A stretch of 64,000 bases of DNA, from positions 2,232,001-2,296,000 of the forward strand of contig NW_027266280.1 of NCBI RefSeq assembly GCF_022045235.1, given 5' to 3'. Source of the stretch: Haliotis cracherodii (lineage: Eukaryota). Both the position numbers and the translations under genes were made by a program. Below are positions 1 to 12,963 of this stretch, in pieces (the stretch's first letter is position 1; each line of letters begins with the position of its first letter). The notes under the pieces were generated by a model. The model saw only the letters and a list, made by a program, of their open reading frames with translations. It ran no database searches and was not told where the DNA came from.

Positions 1-925
1 ATGGGTGTCCCCGAAACAGACAGAAAGCAACTGTTTTTGTTATATCTCAAATGTCCACAAAACAATCTATGTATAAACCACCAGTGGCATCAAATATGTT
101 GATTTCTTTTGGGACTTTCTCGCATATTTCCTAAAAGTTACTTCGTTGATATTTTTACAATACTTGATCCATGTTTAGTTAGGGATTATTGGGTGGCCCT
201 AGCTTGTTCTATTGGGTGGCCCTGCAAGGCATAGTGAATGAACCAATGACTCGAACGTGCAAGACGGTTAAGTCCTGCTGTGCAGTGTCAGAATAAACCA
301 GGGAGGAAAACACACTTATCTAAAATAATTAATCCCTTTCACACCAAGTGAAAGCAAAAACTGTCATAAAATTCTAGAGAAAGTTCATCAATATCCACAT
401 TGTATAAACTTGATAAAGATATGTCAGAACAAATCATCATAATACTCCGGTATCAATGTCTGACTGATATGGAGAGTTTTGATTGAAGTTTTGGCTTCAT
501 TCAATTTTTAGCAATAAACGGAATTCCCAGCAGTCAATTTGCCCCTCCCTCTCAACCACTGAAGTTTATTAAAATTTGACCCTCTTCCCCAACTGAAGTT
601 TATTAAAACTTGACCCTCTTCCCCAAATGAAGTTAATTAAAACTGGAAAACAGAGCAAATCAAAACTATCCATAAACCTGGCATTAACACAACACTTACT
701 GCTTTAAAAAAAACATTGGCAGCTCACCTCACAGATGCTCCCATAATACTGACAGTTATCATTGCCAACACTAATACTACACTTGGAAGATTAAAACATT
801 GTGGGTTAACTGTCTTCACAACAATCTTACTGGCAGGAACAAGAACATACATTTTTAGGTAAGGAAATATATCTCGAGGGGCCGACATGTACAATACTTG
901 CTTAGTTGACACTGCTTATTAATCC

Positions 926-947
926 GGGGGGGGGGGGGGGGGGGGGA
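926..947. repeat. poly-G tract
   Basis: Run of about 22 G. Confidence 0.9.
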
Positions 948-1259
948 TGTTCTTCTCCCTGCAGAACATAAGTGTTGATTTACTTAACTCCAATATGTAA
1001 TCTCAAATATACTGGCTTAATCCTGGCAAACAATGGGAGATCCTAAAACATGGAACTCAGAAATATATTTCTGAAAGATATTTACTTCTGTGGAAGACCC
1101 TGATATTTTCAAAAAGCTCTCACTTAACCATGTCGACATTGTTATCAATGTACTGATGTACAATGAAGATGACATAGTTTCCATGGTAGCACCATCTGAA
1201 GGTGTGTTACGCTCCGTATCTACCAGCATCTTCTTAACCTCGTCATTCCTTATTGTTCT

Positions 1260-2096
1260 TTACTCAACATCAGATTCGAATCGGTCTAAAACATGATAAT
1301 CAAAATGCACCCTGTTCTCCAGGTAGATGGTATCTTGTCCGGCAGCAGTGTCCGTGGCAACACAGCAACATATCTGCTTCTGCAACATCTTAAACACAAT
1401 CAACCAAATCGACAAAATCAGGAAAAAGTTAATTCCACAATGCCAAGTAAAATACATGACCACCAACAAGATCCTATCTGAGTCAGTGTTGACCATAAGA
1501 GATTTGTCTTCGACCAGAAACGCCACCTGTAGGCCCCATGTCCCTTGAGTCAAGAGGAGATAACTCCGCATGACTGGACACAGCACCTGATCCCCATACT
1601 TCATTTCCATGGCAGTTGCAGCAAGGGTGGCGAGGGATGTGTACAACATGAGCGAGTACAACACCGTCACCGGCTGCTCCGAGAATTGTGACCGTGACAC
1701 GAAAACCACTGATTGGATGGTGAAAAACAACATGAGAGCCACATAGTCTAGTTGTTGGTAGAATGTCTTCCCGCTCCATCGGGCTAAAATGTCCATCACA
1801 CCCGAAACCATAAAAAACATGAATATCGTTGCAATTTCTCTATTAGTCAAAAAGTCCACTTGGGCAGCACCATTGAAAGAAAATAAACCGATCGCTATAG
1901 CGAGACTAGAAATCACTTTGAACACGCCCTCTACCGGGTGTTTCTTGTCCCAGGCACAACAAGGGTAGGTAACTGAGTTATAGAAATCACAGTGTCGCTG
2001 TTTCATCAAGTGGTAGCGTTTCGTGACCTGAATCAGCCACCAGAGTGCGATGAGGGCGAAATAGCCACTGGCTATTATAAGGCCGATCTGAACCAT
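1260..2096 (-). CDS. TMEM45/DUF716-family multipass membrane protein (divergent), single coding exon
   Basis: ORF with TMEM45-like motifs FFxVSGxxDxL, LxQGTWxxQxxF and MxFxWH, plus about 7 hydrophobic segments. The track start at 2129 is a GTG directly after an in-frame TGA; first ATG is at 2096. Splice acceptor ttgttctgtttattgcag at ~2183 on the minus strand. Confidence 0.8.
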   Translation of the reverse strand: MVQIGLIIASGYFALIALWWLIQVTKRYHLMKQRHCDFYNSVTYPCCAWDKKHPVEGVFKVISSLAIAIGLFSFNGAAQVDFLTNREIATIFMFFMVSGVMDILARWSGKTFYQQLDYVALMLFFTIQSVVFVSRSQFSEQPVTVLYSLMLYTSLATLAATAMEMKYGDQVLCPVMRSYLLLTQGTWGLQVAFLVEDKSLMVNTDSDRILLVVMYFTWHCGINFFLILSIWLIVFKMLQKQICCCVATDTAAGQDTIYLENRVHFDYHVLDRFESDVE

Positions 2097-2264
2097 GACT
2101 AGTTGTTTGGTAAGTGTCGTCACTTCCACTCACGGAATCGACACTTGCAGGAGATCTTGCACATCAGCATGACGAGGGACACCTGCAATAAACAGAACAA
2201 ATTATTTATCATCAAATACTAGTCAAAATATGTTAAAGAACACCTGATTCTTTCATATTACTAT

Positions 2265-2912
2265 AGGGGGGGCACGGGGGGCCGTTGTCTATGGGGGTGC
2301 AATTTGCTGTGCAGAGTTGCGTCCTTTGGACATGCCAGAAGGTGAGGTGAAATTGGGTTTAACGTTGCGTCAAAGATTATTGCACTTATATAGCGACGTG
2401 CATGCATGTGTGTGTGTGTGGCTGCTTGTACTAGACCGGACTGATGCCGATTTACAGTGATAGCTCACTGAGATACCATGCTGCAGTTTAACATGAATAC
2501 CCAACTCAGACACAGTATACTGACTCCTAGCTGACCAGTCCTTGCTTTAACCACTTAATGCTGAGCGCCAGACAGGGTAACAACAAGTACCATCTTTTAA
2601 CGTCTTTTGGTATGACGCAGCTGGGGATCTAACCCTGGACATTCCGCTCTCCGGTTGGACGCTCTACCACTAGGCCACGGAGGCGGTCTGGACATGCCAG
2701 AAACCTATGATTGTGGGTTCGAATCCGGGTTAGCCCTGATTATGTTTCTAGGTTTGTCAGCACTATACCCATGGTCGTGGGTTTCACCGAAGTGGTAAAC
2801 ATCTGAGACCTGCATCACTTCGGGCTTTCCTCCCACATTAAGCTGACAGGCCTTGATATAACTGGAATACTGTTAAAAGTGGCGTTAAACCCAACTCACT
2901 CTCACTCACTCA
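2265..2912 (+). mobile_element. SINE family C (long, tRNA-like head, (ACTC)n tail), interrupted by another SINE
   Basis: Matches the uninterrupted copy at 53648-53937; has a B-box-like GGTTCGAATCC and the tail GGCGTTAAACCCAACTCACTC. Confidence 0.85.
2341..2688 (-). mobile_element. SINE family D (tRNA-derived head, probably a Meta/MESC-type core)
   Basis: Reverse complement starts AGACCGCCTCCGTGGCCTAGTGGTAGAGCG. 14-bp TSD TGGACATGCCAGAA at 2327-2340 and 2689-2702. Homologous to 8330-8592, 30468+ and 61068-61590. Confidence 0.85.
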
Positions 2913-3325
2913 TATTACTATAGCTAATTTGTCATGCCATGACATTAGACAGACTGACCATAATAATATGAAAGAATCAGGGTTCTTTAACTTCTTTTGA
3001 GCAGTATACTTTTAAACATGTCAAGTGTACACAACGACTTACATACATGATTAAGCTACACTTAACCTACCCCTGAAGCGTGAGCACCGATCCACATGAC
3101 TGGGCTACGATGACAGTCAGCCGAGTTCCAGAGATACAAGGGATAGAATGCAGACAGGACAACTCACTCATAGACTCACCTAATATGGACTATTTGACTA
3201 CACAGGTTGTTTTTTCATTAGCCATGGTGAGTTTACGAATCGCAATTACATGTAAACATTAATTAACAAGGCCAGAATAAAACAATGGTGAAAATATCCA
3301 TGTATCAAAAAATTATTTTTACAAT

Positions 3326-3545
3326 CCCCATGAATATTCGGGTTAGAAATGGTCTTCAGCAACCCATGCTTGTAATAGGCCACTAACTGTCAGACTCACT
3401 GACTTGGTTGATGCATGTCATCATATCCCAATTGCATGGATCGACGCTCAGGACAGCAATCATTGGATTATCTGGGCCAGACTAGATCGCAGTCATATAG
3501 CTGGAATATTGCTGAGTGGGCATTAACAACAAACAAAACAACAAT
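3326..3545 (+). mobile_element. SINE family B (non-tRNA head, (AAAC)n tail)
   Basis: GGTCTTCAGCAACCCATGCTTG...GCTGGAATATTGCTGAGTG; homologous to the copies at 12964 and 13353. Confidence 0.8.
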
Positions 3546-3929
3546 GTTACAAATATACAGAACATTTAACTCGATATGGTCTGATCCAGATAAAAATATA
3601 AGACACAAGGAGAAATCTCTGTAACATTGTCCAAACTTCTCATAGGCGGATCCAGAGAGAGGGAGGGAGGGTGGGGGGCCATGGGTATAGTACATATTCA
3701 TATTATTATGTTACATTGTTGGCGGAATATGTTTTCTAATCATTCAACCTCTAAAGTTTAACACAAAACAACTGTAACGGACTGTATGACCGATTCAAAA
3801 TACTTTAAAAAGCATCATCTGGAATGGAAGTCGCAACTTTGAAACTGGTACCCAAAGCTTAAGAAAGTTACTTCCTAAGTAGCTAACGTCGACTTCCTGT
3901 TGTCATTTCATTGGTAGGTCATAGTTTGC

Positions 3930-4008
3930 GAAAGGTTGTTCTGACGTGACTTGTAATGGGATCTCCTTGTCTAGAGCGAGAACTTGTATCTGATTTGAAA
4001 AAGATTGA
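3930..4008. mobile_element. Solo terminal fragment of the MITE family at 11852-12949
   Basis: AAGGTTGTTCTGACGTGAC...GCGAGAAC...GATTG matches the right TIR at 12862-12949. Confidence 0.65.
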
Positions 4009-5639
4009 GGTAATCTAAGCATGTGAATTATCCTGTTTTCTTTATTTAAAGCATTAATTGTTTATTGTTAAGCAAGTTTATCTCTGCAGCCGTTGTAATA
4101 TGCAGCTACCAGCCGATTCGTCTCGCATCAAAGCATGGGCTGTGTACTCGCGGGCAGATGACCACTGAGTACGCTGATCTCTGATTAATGAGTGATTTCG
4201 GTAATTCGCAAATTAGGTGTGTCGGCGTTGGAGTGCGAGACTGTCGGATTAACGGGTCTAAATAGCACTGATTTAATCGGTTCCCATCATTAGTGTCGGA
4301 TAAAGCCAATTATCAGATTAGAAGTGTCGGACTAAAGTGAATTGACTGTATTTCCAAATATAGTATGTTGTAGGCAGCAAATTTGTCTGAGAGATGTTTT
4401 ACATATTTTGGTCCCCACCCTTTTAAAAATGCGGAGTCCCTTGCTTATCTTCTACCATCAACTCCCTGTATTTCCTAATAAACACTTTGAAAACAATGGA
4501 AATAATCGGAGCCCAGACATAGTGACCTTACTCAATCATCTGTCACTCATGTGGACTTCGGAGCATGGTACTGGTCTGGGAGTCCCCTGACTGATCATCT
4601 TGCAGTGGAAACACCAGCGTTCAACGTGTTCAAAACAAAAATGTAGACAATTGCCAAACCAGATACGGAACTTGTACATGATTCGGCATCAATATAATTA
4701 ATACCTATTCAATTTGAATATTTCATTGCATATGTAAACTTTAAACTGTTTCTCAAACACATGCGTTCATTATTCAGTTACAACTCTCCGCAACATCAAC
4801 AACAATGGCACCGGTGTCAGACGTTTCGGGTTACAGCCTCAAATAGAATACACAAGGATTGACTGGAAGTCGAAGTCGTGACTTAGATTTCGCGTGAGTG
4901 ACTTCTCTTCTAACCTGGAACCTTCATCAATACACACAGTTGCTGCCCACACCTCGAAGCGTTAGCCGATGATATCCACGACGGCCGACCGTGTACTTTC
5001 TGTCGTCCAACTTCCGTCATACAAATCCAACATCTTTCGGAGTTTCTTCCAACACCCCATGGGGGCCTTTTCAAGTGTGTAGTCGAAGGGAGGTAACTCT
5101 GAAATACTACGGAAACGCTCTCCGTCGCGCGTCAGAACGTGATGAGTCATGTTTGAGCGACTGACATTGATTGGCAGGGGCCCGGATTTTCAGGTGCATG
5201 GTGATTGCCATGTTGTGTTCTTTGCCGCAAATAGATCTACATAATAAAATATTCAAAATTTTAGATAATGAGTAGTGTGTTTCTTCTTAAAAGAGAGCTG
5301 AGATATTTTTTTATGCCTAATTTCAAATTCAACCCATGCAAAGAATGTTAAAATTTTCTCACCGTTCAACTGTACAGATTTAGGTGATTTTGAAACAGGA
5401 CAATGCTAATAGCAGTAAAAATAAGCAATAAAACAATAGATAAAGACAATTTTTAACACCATGTGTAGCAAGACCCAATAAACTTGACATGTTGTCACCT
5501 CAACTGGAGTAATGTATTTTTCAGTTAGATCTTCTAAGATTGTGGATGATGGACATTAGTAGTATATAGCTTTTGATGTAAACTGAAGAAAAAAGACGTT
5601 TACAAACTGAAAGTTGGACACGTTGGGAGAAAACCCAGA

Positions 5640-6155
5640 AAAGTGGAATCGCCTCCCTTTCGGCTCAAAAATGCTCCTTTGGCATTTCTGCAAACCTTTT
5701 CAGATGCAATAAAGAAATGAACTGGCGTTACATACTAATATATGTAGATTACATGATATTTTCTGAAACGTTATTTTGAACATTTGTATCACCTCAAGGC
5801 AGTATTCCAAAAGATCAAAGCAGCAGGACTCACTCTAAAACCAAGCAAATGTAAATTTGCGACAAAACAAGTCACCTACTTAGGGCATGTCTTCAGCAAC
5901 GATGGCATCCATGTTGATCCTTCAAAAAAAGATTCAGTCACAGAGATCCCACCCTCTAAAAATGTCCATGACGTGTGTCATTTTGTAGATTTGGCCTCTA
6001 TTTATCACATATCTGTAGCAAATCTATACATTCGAAAAGCTTAAGCAAGCTCTTACAACATCCCCAAACCTTGCATAGCCCGTCCAGAACAAACCCTTCA
6101 TCCTCACAACTGATGCATCTCAAACTGCAATAGGGTAACTTTAGGCCAACTTGAT
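5640..6155 (+). pseudogene. Degenerate Gypsy/Ty3 LTR retrotransposon pol fragment (RT into RNase H)
   Basis: HLKAVFQKIKAAGLTLKPSKCKFATKQVTYLGHV..DGIHVDPSK, then PFILTTDAS; frameshifts and stops. Confidence 0.85.
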
Positions 6156-7199
6156 TCCCGTGGCGTAGCTTAGAAGATGTTAATTCATGTCTTTTGACAA
6201 TACAATTATCTTCCTGCTCTGTTTTTAGGAACACACAATGTTGATTGGTAACATGTCATTTGCTCGTCAGTTCCCAAGTAAGGGTACATGATGCTTAATG
6301 GTCATATCCCATCACAGTCGAAAACTGTTATGGCCTCTTGAAATGATTTCAAAATGATTATTAAAAATGCACAAGGGTTATAGGCATAGTGTCTCTCATC
6401 GCATGTCTCTCTGTCAAAGATTATGGCTTTGCTCACGAAATATTCTGTATTGATGAGGATGGTCATATTGTGGTCGTCATTTTTTTCAAGCAGATGGAGG
6501 CTGAGTTTTATATTTACACAAAATTATGAGCTAAACGTATTTGATCTTCTTGCTGGAATTGTCTCAAAAGCTTTTCGTTTCTATAACTTTAAAATGTTAT
6601 CGTTTCAGCGTAGCTTTTCCCCATCTTTCTCGAGTTCTAAGCATTTATGCCCAACCTTTTCTAAGCCATAAAAACAAAGACACTGAAGAGCTTTGTTGCC
6701 AAATATTATCCCTTTATTCTCTAAACTTGATTTGAAAACCTCATCCGTTGGTCAATAATGCTTGTGCATCAAGGATAAATATCTTTGCTCTGGCATATAC
6801 TAGTACATAGTTGTTTGTTTGTTTTCAGCGTATGTCTAAGTTGGTATTTCTGTTATCCAAAATGTCTTATTGTTGATATAAATGCGATGTTTAATAATGC
6901 GAACAAAGACCACTCGCATTTTTCGCATTTAATTCACGCTCGCGTTAATTTCAAGATTTACAGTATGCAGTTCCGACAAGTTTGATTGAACTACTCTAGA
7001 ATGTACATACACCACGTGATTCCTTTGTTCTTGTTCAGAGACCTTTTTTGGTAATCTCACGTTCTCTCGTCAATCACAGTCATGTCACTACTGAGTTATT
7101 TGTCAGGCTGGGCCAATTTGATCATTGCGACAGATGGTCTTAATATGCCTGATATCCAGCATGATATGTATGTATGTAGTTCATTGAACCTGACTACAA

Positions 7200-8278
7200 A
7201 AAAAGTCCGGTATATAATTTGGATATATGTTATTGGAAAATGTTGGTGGCCTGATATTCGGCAAACGGCGCCTCAAAACGCAGCCATTGTCGATTTGCAA
7301 TGTCTTAAAACGGCATTGTTTTCACACTTGTTCTCAAATGTCATGGAGGAAAACAGTAAAGCAAAATGCACGTGCAAGTTATGGCATTCGTAACTCGTGG
7401 TAGTGGCTATAAAAAGGCAAGCATAAGCCAATAATTTGTCATTCAATTGTCAACATTTTTCAAGTTCGAAAATGACGACATTCGATGCTGCCGATTGGAA
7501 CATCGCCATTGGACGTATCCAAAAAGGGAAATCGCTGTCTTCTGTTGCTCGCCATTTCAACGTCCACCACAGCACCATTTGCCGTCTTTGGGACCGATAC
7601 ACAATGTTCAATTCCACTGCAGACCGTCCGAGAACCGGCCGACCAAGCGTTACCACCCCTGCACAGGATCGCTACATTCGAATGGTCCACCTACGTCATC
7701 GCACAAAGCCACAGCTACGGAGACAGGAGGCATCCCTGATTTGAGGAGGATATCGGACCAGACTGTCAGGAACCACCTTCGCGAGGCTGGAATCCGAACC
7801 AGAACACCAGTTATCGTCCCTGTTCTGCAATAGATCCATCGACAGCGACGCTTGCGTTGGTGCCATACCTAACAGCATCAGAGTTTGAGAAACTGGAGAC
7901 TAGTGTGGTTTATCGATGAATCAAGATTTCTTCTTCACCGGCGAGATGGAAGACGACGTGTTTATCGTCGTCGAAATGAGCGTTTTGCCCCACATTGTGT
8001 ACGTGAATTCGACCGGTGGCGGTAGCGTCATGGTGTGTGTGTGTGTGTGTGTGTGTGTGATATGCTGCCCGGGGCGGTCACACGAGATACTGAACTCAGC
8101 GCCCCCTTGTGGCCTTATGAACAGTTTTCAATGCCTTTGTACAACGACAACATGTCACCATCAAGCTCCAAAATTTCATATTTGTATATATGATATTAAA
8201 TTAAATATATCGACTTTATTAGGTACAATAACTTTACTAAAAATATATCTGTGCGTTTCTTTTTTTGGAGAGTGTATA
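7200..8278 (+). mobile_element. Degenerate Tc1-like DNA transposon
   Basis: Paired-like HTH (AIGRIQKGKSLSSVARHFNVHHSTICRLW..RPRTGRP..TTPAQDRYI), WFIDESRF and GGGSVMV, then a (GT)n run. TIR-like end GGAGAGTGTATA at ~8278; left boundary uncertain. Confidence 0.8.
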
Positions 8279-8329
8279 GCACAGCGTGTATAATTAATAT
8301 TTTTGAAACACATCACATCGTGGATGTCT

Positions 8330-8592
8330 CTTTTATTTAACCGTTGGACATACTATAGCAACGTGCATGTACGTGCTTGTGTCGCTGCTGGTAATAGTCC
8401 GGACTGATGCCGATTTTATAGTGCTTGCCCACTAAGATACCATGTAGCAGTTTAACATGAACACCCCACTGAGACACAGCATACTGACTCTGAGCTGACC
8501 GGTCCTTGTTTAGACAGACAGCCTGAGGATAACAACAAGTTCCATCTTTTATCGTCTTTTGGAACGATGCGGCCGGGGATCGAACCCCGGAC
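8330..8592 (-). mobile_element. SINE family D, partial
   Basis: Aligns with 2341-2688 (GGACTGATGCCGATTT...GTTTAACATGAA...). Confidence 0.75.
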
Positions 8593-8640
8593 TCACTTTG
8601 AAAAACCTGTGATGATGTTTGCGAAAAGGTGGTACATGCA

Positions 8641-9262
8641 CAATCTCTCCGAGGCAGGGGAGGTAACTGACTGTTAAAGTCCAGTTTCTACTAGGCTGGA
8701 ATTCCGGAGTTACATTTTGGCTGGAATAAGGAGGCTATGCCTAGTCCAATCAAAATCGTGTAACGAAATCGACATCCGGTTTGTAAACAACATAGATTTC
8801 AACCTGCAGACTTCGGTCAACTGCGGGATTTACAAAGCATGTGTACAGCCAACTGGGAGTCGACAGATCTTTAGACTGGTTCCCGTTCGTTCCTGCGACA
8901 GACATTGGAAAGCGGAGCAAGAGCAGCGACACCAGGCGAAGGATCCGGGAACCAGTCTAACAGATTTTTGCAAATCTGTTCTTCTTGTAAATCAAGGTGT
9001 TCACGTGATTTGATGCACTTCGCGATGTAAGACTCGTTTTATTACAATATAGATCTTGATTATCGATCAGATCGTCTTGCCTGGGCGCCGACATTTTGTT
9101 TGAAGCAAATGCAAGTGATATGAGAGGCGGAATCTGATTGGGCAATAGGAGGGACGTAGAAGGGACATAACTCGTAATAGCCACTGGTGGCGCTACGATC
9201 GAACCCAGAAATTCTAGAAACTGGACTTTTTGAGTCAGTTAACTCACTTGCCTCGGGAAGAC
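8641..9262. mobile_element. MITE-like element with ~50-bp TIRs
   Basis: CCGAGGCAGGGGAGGTAACTGACTGTTAAAGTCCAGTTTCTA at left versus TAGAAACTGGACTTTTTGAGTCAGTTAACTCACTTGCCTCGG at right; a related end lies at ~14700-14750. Confidence 0.75.
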
Positions 9263-9329
9263 ACGTCAGTTGTTCACACGTGAAAACAACACGTGAACAT
9301 TTTTGTTGAGCTAGTATGTCTTTAGCTTC

Positions 9330-10480
9330 TTTTACAATAGTGCCCTTCTTCTTTTCTAAGCCGTAATTCTTCCAAAGAGAGCCATTATCTTATTGTGTTT
9401 TTTTATAGTTTATCCTTGTAGTTTCTTTCAACAATTGCTGATAAATTGTGGGTAAATAGAATGACTAGAATTGTGAAATATGCTTGTGACCAATTTAATT
9501 TTCATGTTTGACAGAGTGACCACTTCGATTCCTTTTGATATCCTATCCGGATTACTGGAGTTTTACTGGTATGTACATTTTAAGTCGGATAAGGATGCTC
9601 ATTTATAAAGAATTTTAAGATTTTTGGAAGACAGCTTTCTCTACTGTCCAAAATCAGTGGCGTGGCATCCGCGAACTGAGACACAGGATATCCTGTTTCC
9701 CTGTTGATATGTGTTATATTTTGGGACTGTTTTCGCCTAGTTTTGGTATATGGAATCCTTTGAATAAAATGCAGATATTCACTTTCTTGGTAGGGCATAT
9801 AGTGTAAATGGTTAAATATTTCATTGATTAGATAACCTTTTTAGTTATATTTTCTAATCTTGTAATTGTCTTGATAAGAAAGTTTTGTTTTTCAAGCCAT
9901 AGAAAATATTTTGTTGGCTTTTCTTCCTTTTGAGTCCGTTATGCTCCAGAGCGCAGGAGTGGGGATTTGTTTAATATATGTTTCCTTTAGTACTTGTTAC
10001 TCTTCTTTTAATTTGTTAAATTTCGCGAAGTTATATCGCGATTTTCATGGCATTACTATTGTTGATCAGATTTTTTTCTTCTCTTTCTTTTTATCTTAAT
10101 GAACGGATATTTAAAAGTATAACCCTAAATTATAAAAAGAGTCTGAAAAAAGGGTTCATCATCAATATTGAATAATGGATTCCCCTTCTCCTGTAAATAT
10201 GCTTTATATTTTATACATAAAGTTTCTTTGATATTTGTCTTCATTACATTAATATAGAATTTATTATGAAGAAGAGAATTATTACACTTTCGGTACACAT
10301 TTCAAGAAATTTAATTTGATAAATATCCCATGTATTGCTTGATCTATAGCTTGCATCAATCCATACAATCAACTCTATTTTGGGCAGAGATTTCTTATGA
10401 ATATGGAAAGGGATTTGTCGCTTTTTATTAGTATATTTATATAGTCCTTAGAGAAAATAGTCGCATTCGTGCAACATGAT
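9330..10480 (-). pseudogene. Highly degenerate L1/Tx1-like LINE ORF2 remnant
   Basis: SQFADATPLILD resembles the RT (Y/F)ADD region; A-rich sense strand with many stops. Confidence 0.5.
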
Positions 10481-10571
10481 ACTGAATTTCGGCTATTGTT
10501 TACATTTAATAGTGCGAACAATACAGCTAGCCTGGAACATTCTCACTGACAAATGTACACCACGTTTATAG

Positions 10572-10692
10572 AGTGAGTGAGTGAGTGAGTGAGTGAGTGA
10601 CACCAGTAATGGGCTCCACACATTGTATCCATGTTGGAAATGTTGGAACCCTGGTCTTTGGTGTGACAAGTGAACACTAGGCTACCACATCG
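10572..10692 (-). mobile_element. SINE family A, degenerate
   Basis: (GAGT)n tail; GACACCAG...GGGCTCCACACATTGTATCCATG matches family A. Confidence 0.65.
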
Positions 10693-11851
10693 CTTCCTAT
10701 TTATTATGGAAAACACCATGGAACAGCCCGTTTCTCTGTGAAGCGACAAGTCAAAATCACAATCGTTTATATGGAGCAGCACAGAGACACGGCTACCGCA
10801 GCTAGAAATAGATGTGTTTGTGTCCCTTACGGAGCTCCGTACATCTGTGTGTTTTCCTGGAGTGGATTCAATGATTTCCATGAATATAACCCCGCCCTGC
10901 CATTCACTCAGTATTTGTATTGGTGAACTCGCCACCTTCAACGTATTTGACCTTCTTGCGTGAATCATCTCAAAGGCTATTCGTTGGCAGCTTTCTCTAT
11001 AACTAGATATACAAGTTCCTGAGATTAATTATGTATATGTTAATGGTTGTTATTTGAACATTTTATCTTGACTTACGAAACCAAGGTCGGACCAAAGCCC
11101 AATCAGAAACAGAACACATCTAATAATCGGTGTAATAACTTTTGAGAAGACCCCCAGGCTGAGTCACGTGACAGCTGTCAATGTTTTCGCTCTGGTTAAT
11201 TCGACTGCTTCGAGGTTCGGCGCGCTTCTCTAGCTGAAAGGTAGGGAGTAGTTCGTTGTGAGGATAGCTTTCAGCGATTTTTTCCACGGAAATGTTATCC
11301 GTTGATCATTAAAAACTTATAATTATTGCCTGAATCCAGCCTGCAATCTCAAGAGTGTAGGATATCCATATTATAGGCGTTGAAATCCCTAATCACTCAC
11401 GGTCCCTCTTTTAACATATATGTTTGTTATGGAGGGACAAGCGCATCATTTGCTCTGTGTAGAAGTAGTGAAGTCCTTCTCCCGAGCATTCTTTCGATAC
11501 TGCGTCCCTGCAATTAACTGGTTCCATTATTGGGGCGCGCAGCATGCTTGGCGCTTTTTGCCAACACACGGCTACCGCCTGTCTTCTGGTTAACGTAGAC
11601 AGGAGCCAAGTCTAGCCCCGCGGGTATGGTTGACCCCGTGGACTGGCGTACAAAAAAGTCTAAGCTGGATTAGGTCTGGATGGACTTCCTCTAATCCTTG
11701 AATGAGTTGAACTCTTCTTATACTCGTTTTGATACTCATGATTTTTCCTCGCGAGTTGAAATTGAATTCAGTGCCCCCAGCAGGATGATATCTTAGCCGT
11801 ATCTAATGATGATGTTCTTAAATGTTTTAACGCACTATACATACGCAAGGC

Positions 11852-12949
11852 CAATCTCATTAAAATCAGATGTAAGTTCTCGCTGCCGCCTATCAAAGAT
11901 CTCAGGACATCCCATTACGAGCTACGTCAGAACGACCGTCCGCTTACTTTGACAGACCACTGAAATGACTAACAAGAAGTCGATATCAGCCAATTAGAAA
12001 GCAGCTCTCTCGAGCTTTACGGCACTCGTTTCAACCTGGCGATTTCCATTTAAGACTACGCTGTTTACGCTATTAGTCGAAACAGGCCGCTATTCCAAGC
12101 CACCTATTCCTTTAAATGATAGAATATGTAAATTTTGTGCAGAAAAAAATAATTATGTTATTGAGGATGAATCACACTTTTTAATAGATTGTTTTGTATA
12201 CAGTGACCTGAGATATCAACTACTACACAAGGCAGCTGAATTAAACCAGGACTTTTATTATTTTAATAGCATTCAGCAATTATCTTATTTGATGCAAGAA
12301 GTGATTTTACAGCCGCTTTTAGCAATCACATTATACAGCATGTATAGAAGGAGAGTGCATCTCTTCTAGTCTTAACATTGTATATAATATTTTTATTTTG
12401 TGTTTTATATTTAATAATGTTATATGTTTTAAATGCTTTTAGAGTGTCTCATAAGCCCTAGAGGCTGGATATTGTACTTTTAATGGCAACTTGCTTTTGT
12501 TTAAAATGTGTTTTATGTACAATATGTGACACTTAAATAAACATTTCTTCTTCTTGAAAAATATGTTGACACAGTACTCGATTAAAATTTTGAAAACTGA
12601 ACAAACGAACATTCCGGAATGTCTAATATATGGTTGAGATTGTGTGGCAGTGCTTCCCACGTACTGTGCAACGTCTCCTCCGTTCAAACGTTTATCCCAC
12701 GGAAGCGAGAGACAGACGATGATTTTGACGGAATCAGTCGTGCGGGCCGTAACTGTCGTTCGCAACACCCCGTGTTAACGTTTTCGAGGTTGCATGATCA
12801 GAAACACATTCCGACCGTCACTTTCATGACCTGGTAAGCGACGCTTTGATTGGTCCGATGAAAGGTCGTTCTGACGTGACCCGTAATGGGATGTCCTCAG
12901 ATCTTTGTTTAGCGATAGCGAGAACTAAGATCTGATTTTAATGAGATTG
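11852..12949. mobile_element. Non-autonomous DNA transposon (MITE) with ~90-bp TIRs and a 10-bp TSD
   Basis: Termini CAATCTCATTAAAATCAGAT... and ...ATCTGATTTTAATGAGATTG. Direct repeat TACGCAAGGC at 11842-11851 and 12950-12959. Confidence 0.9.
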
Positions 12950-12963
12950 TACGCAAGGCATGC

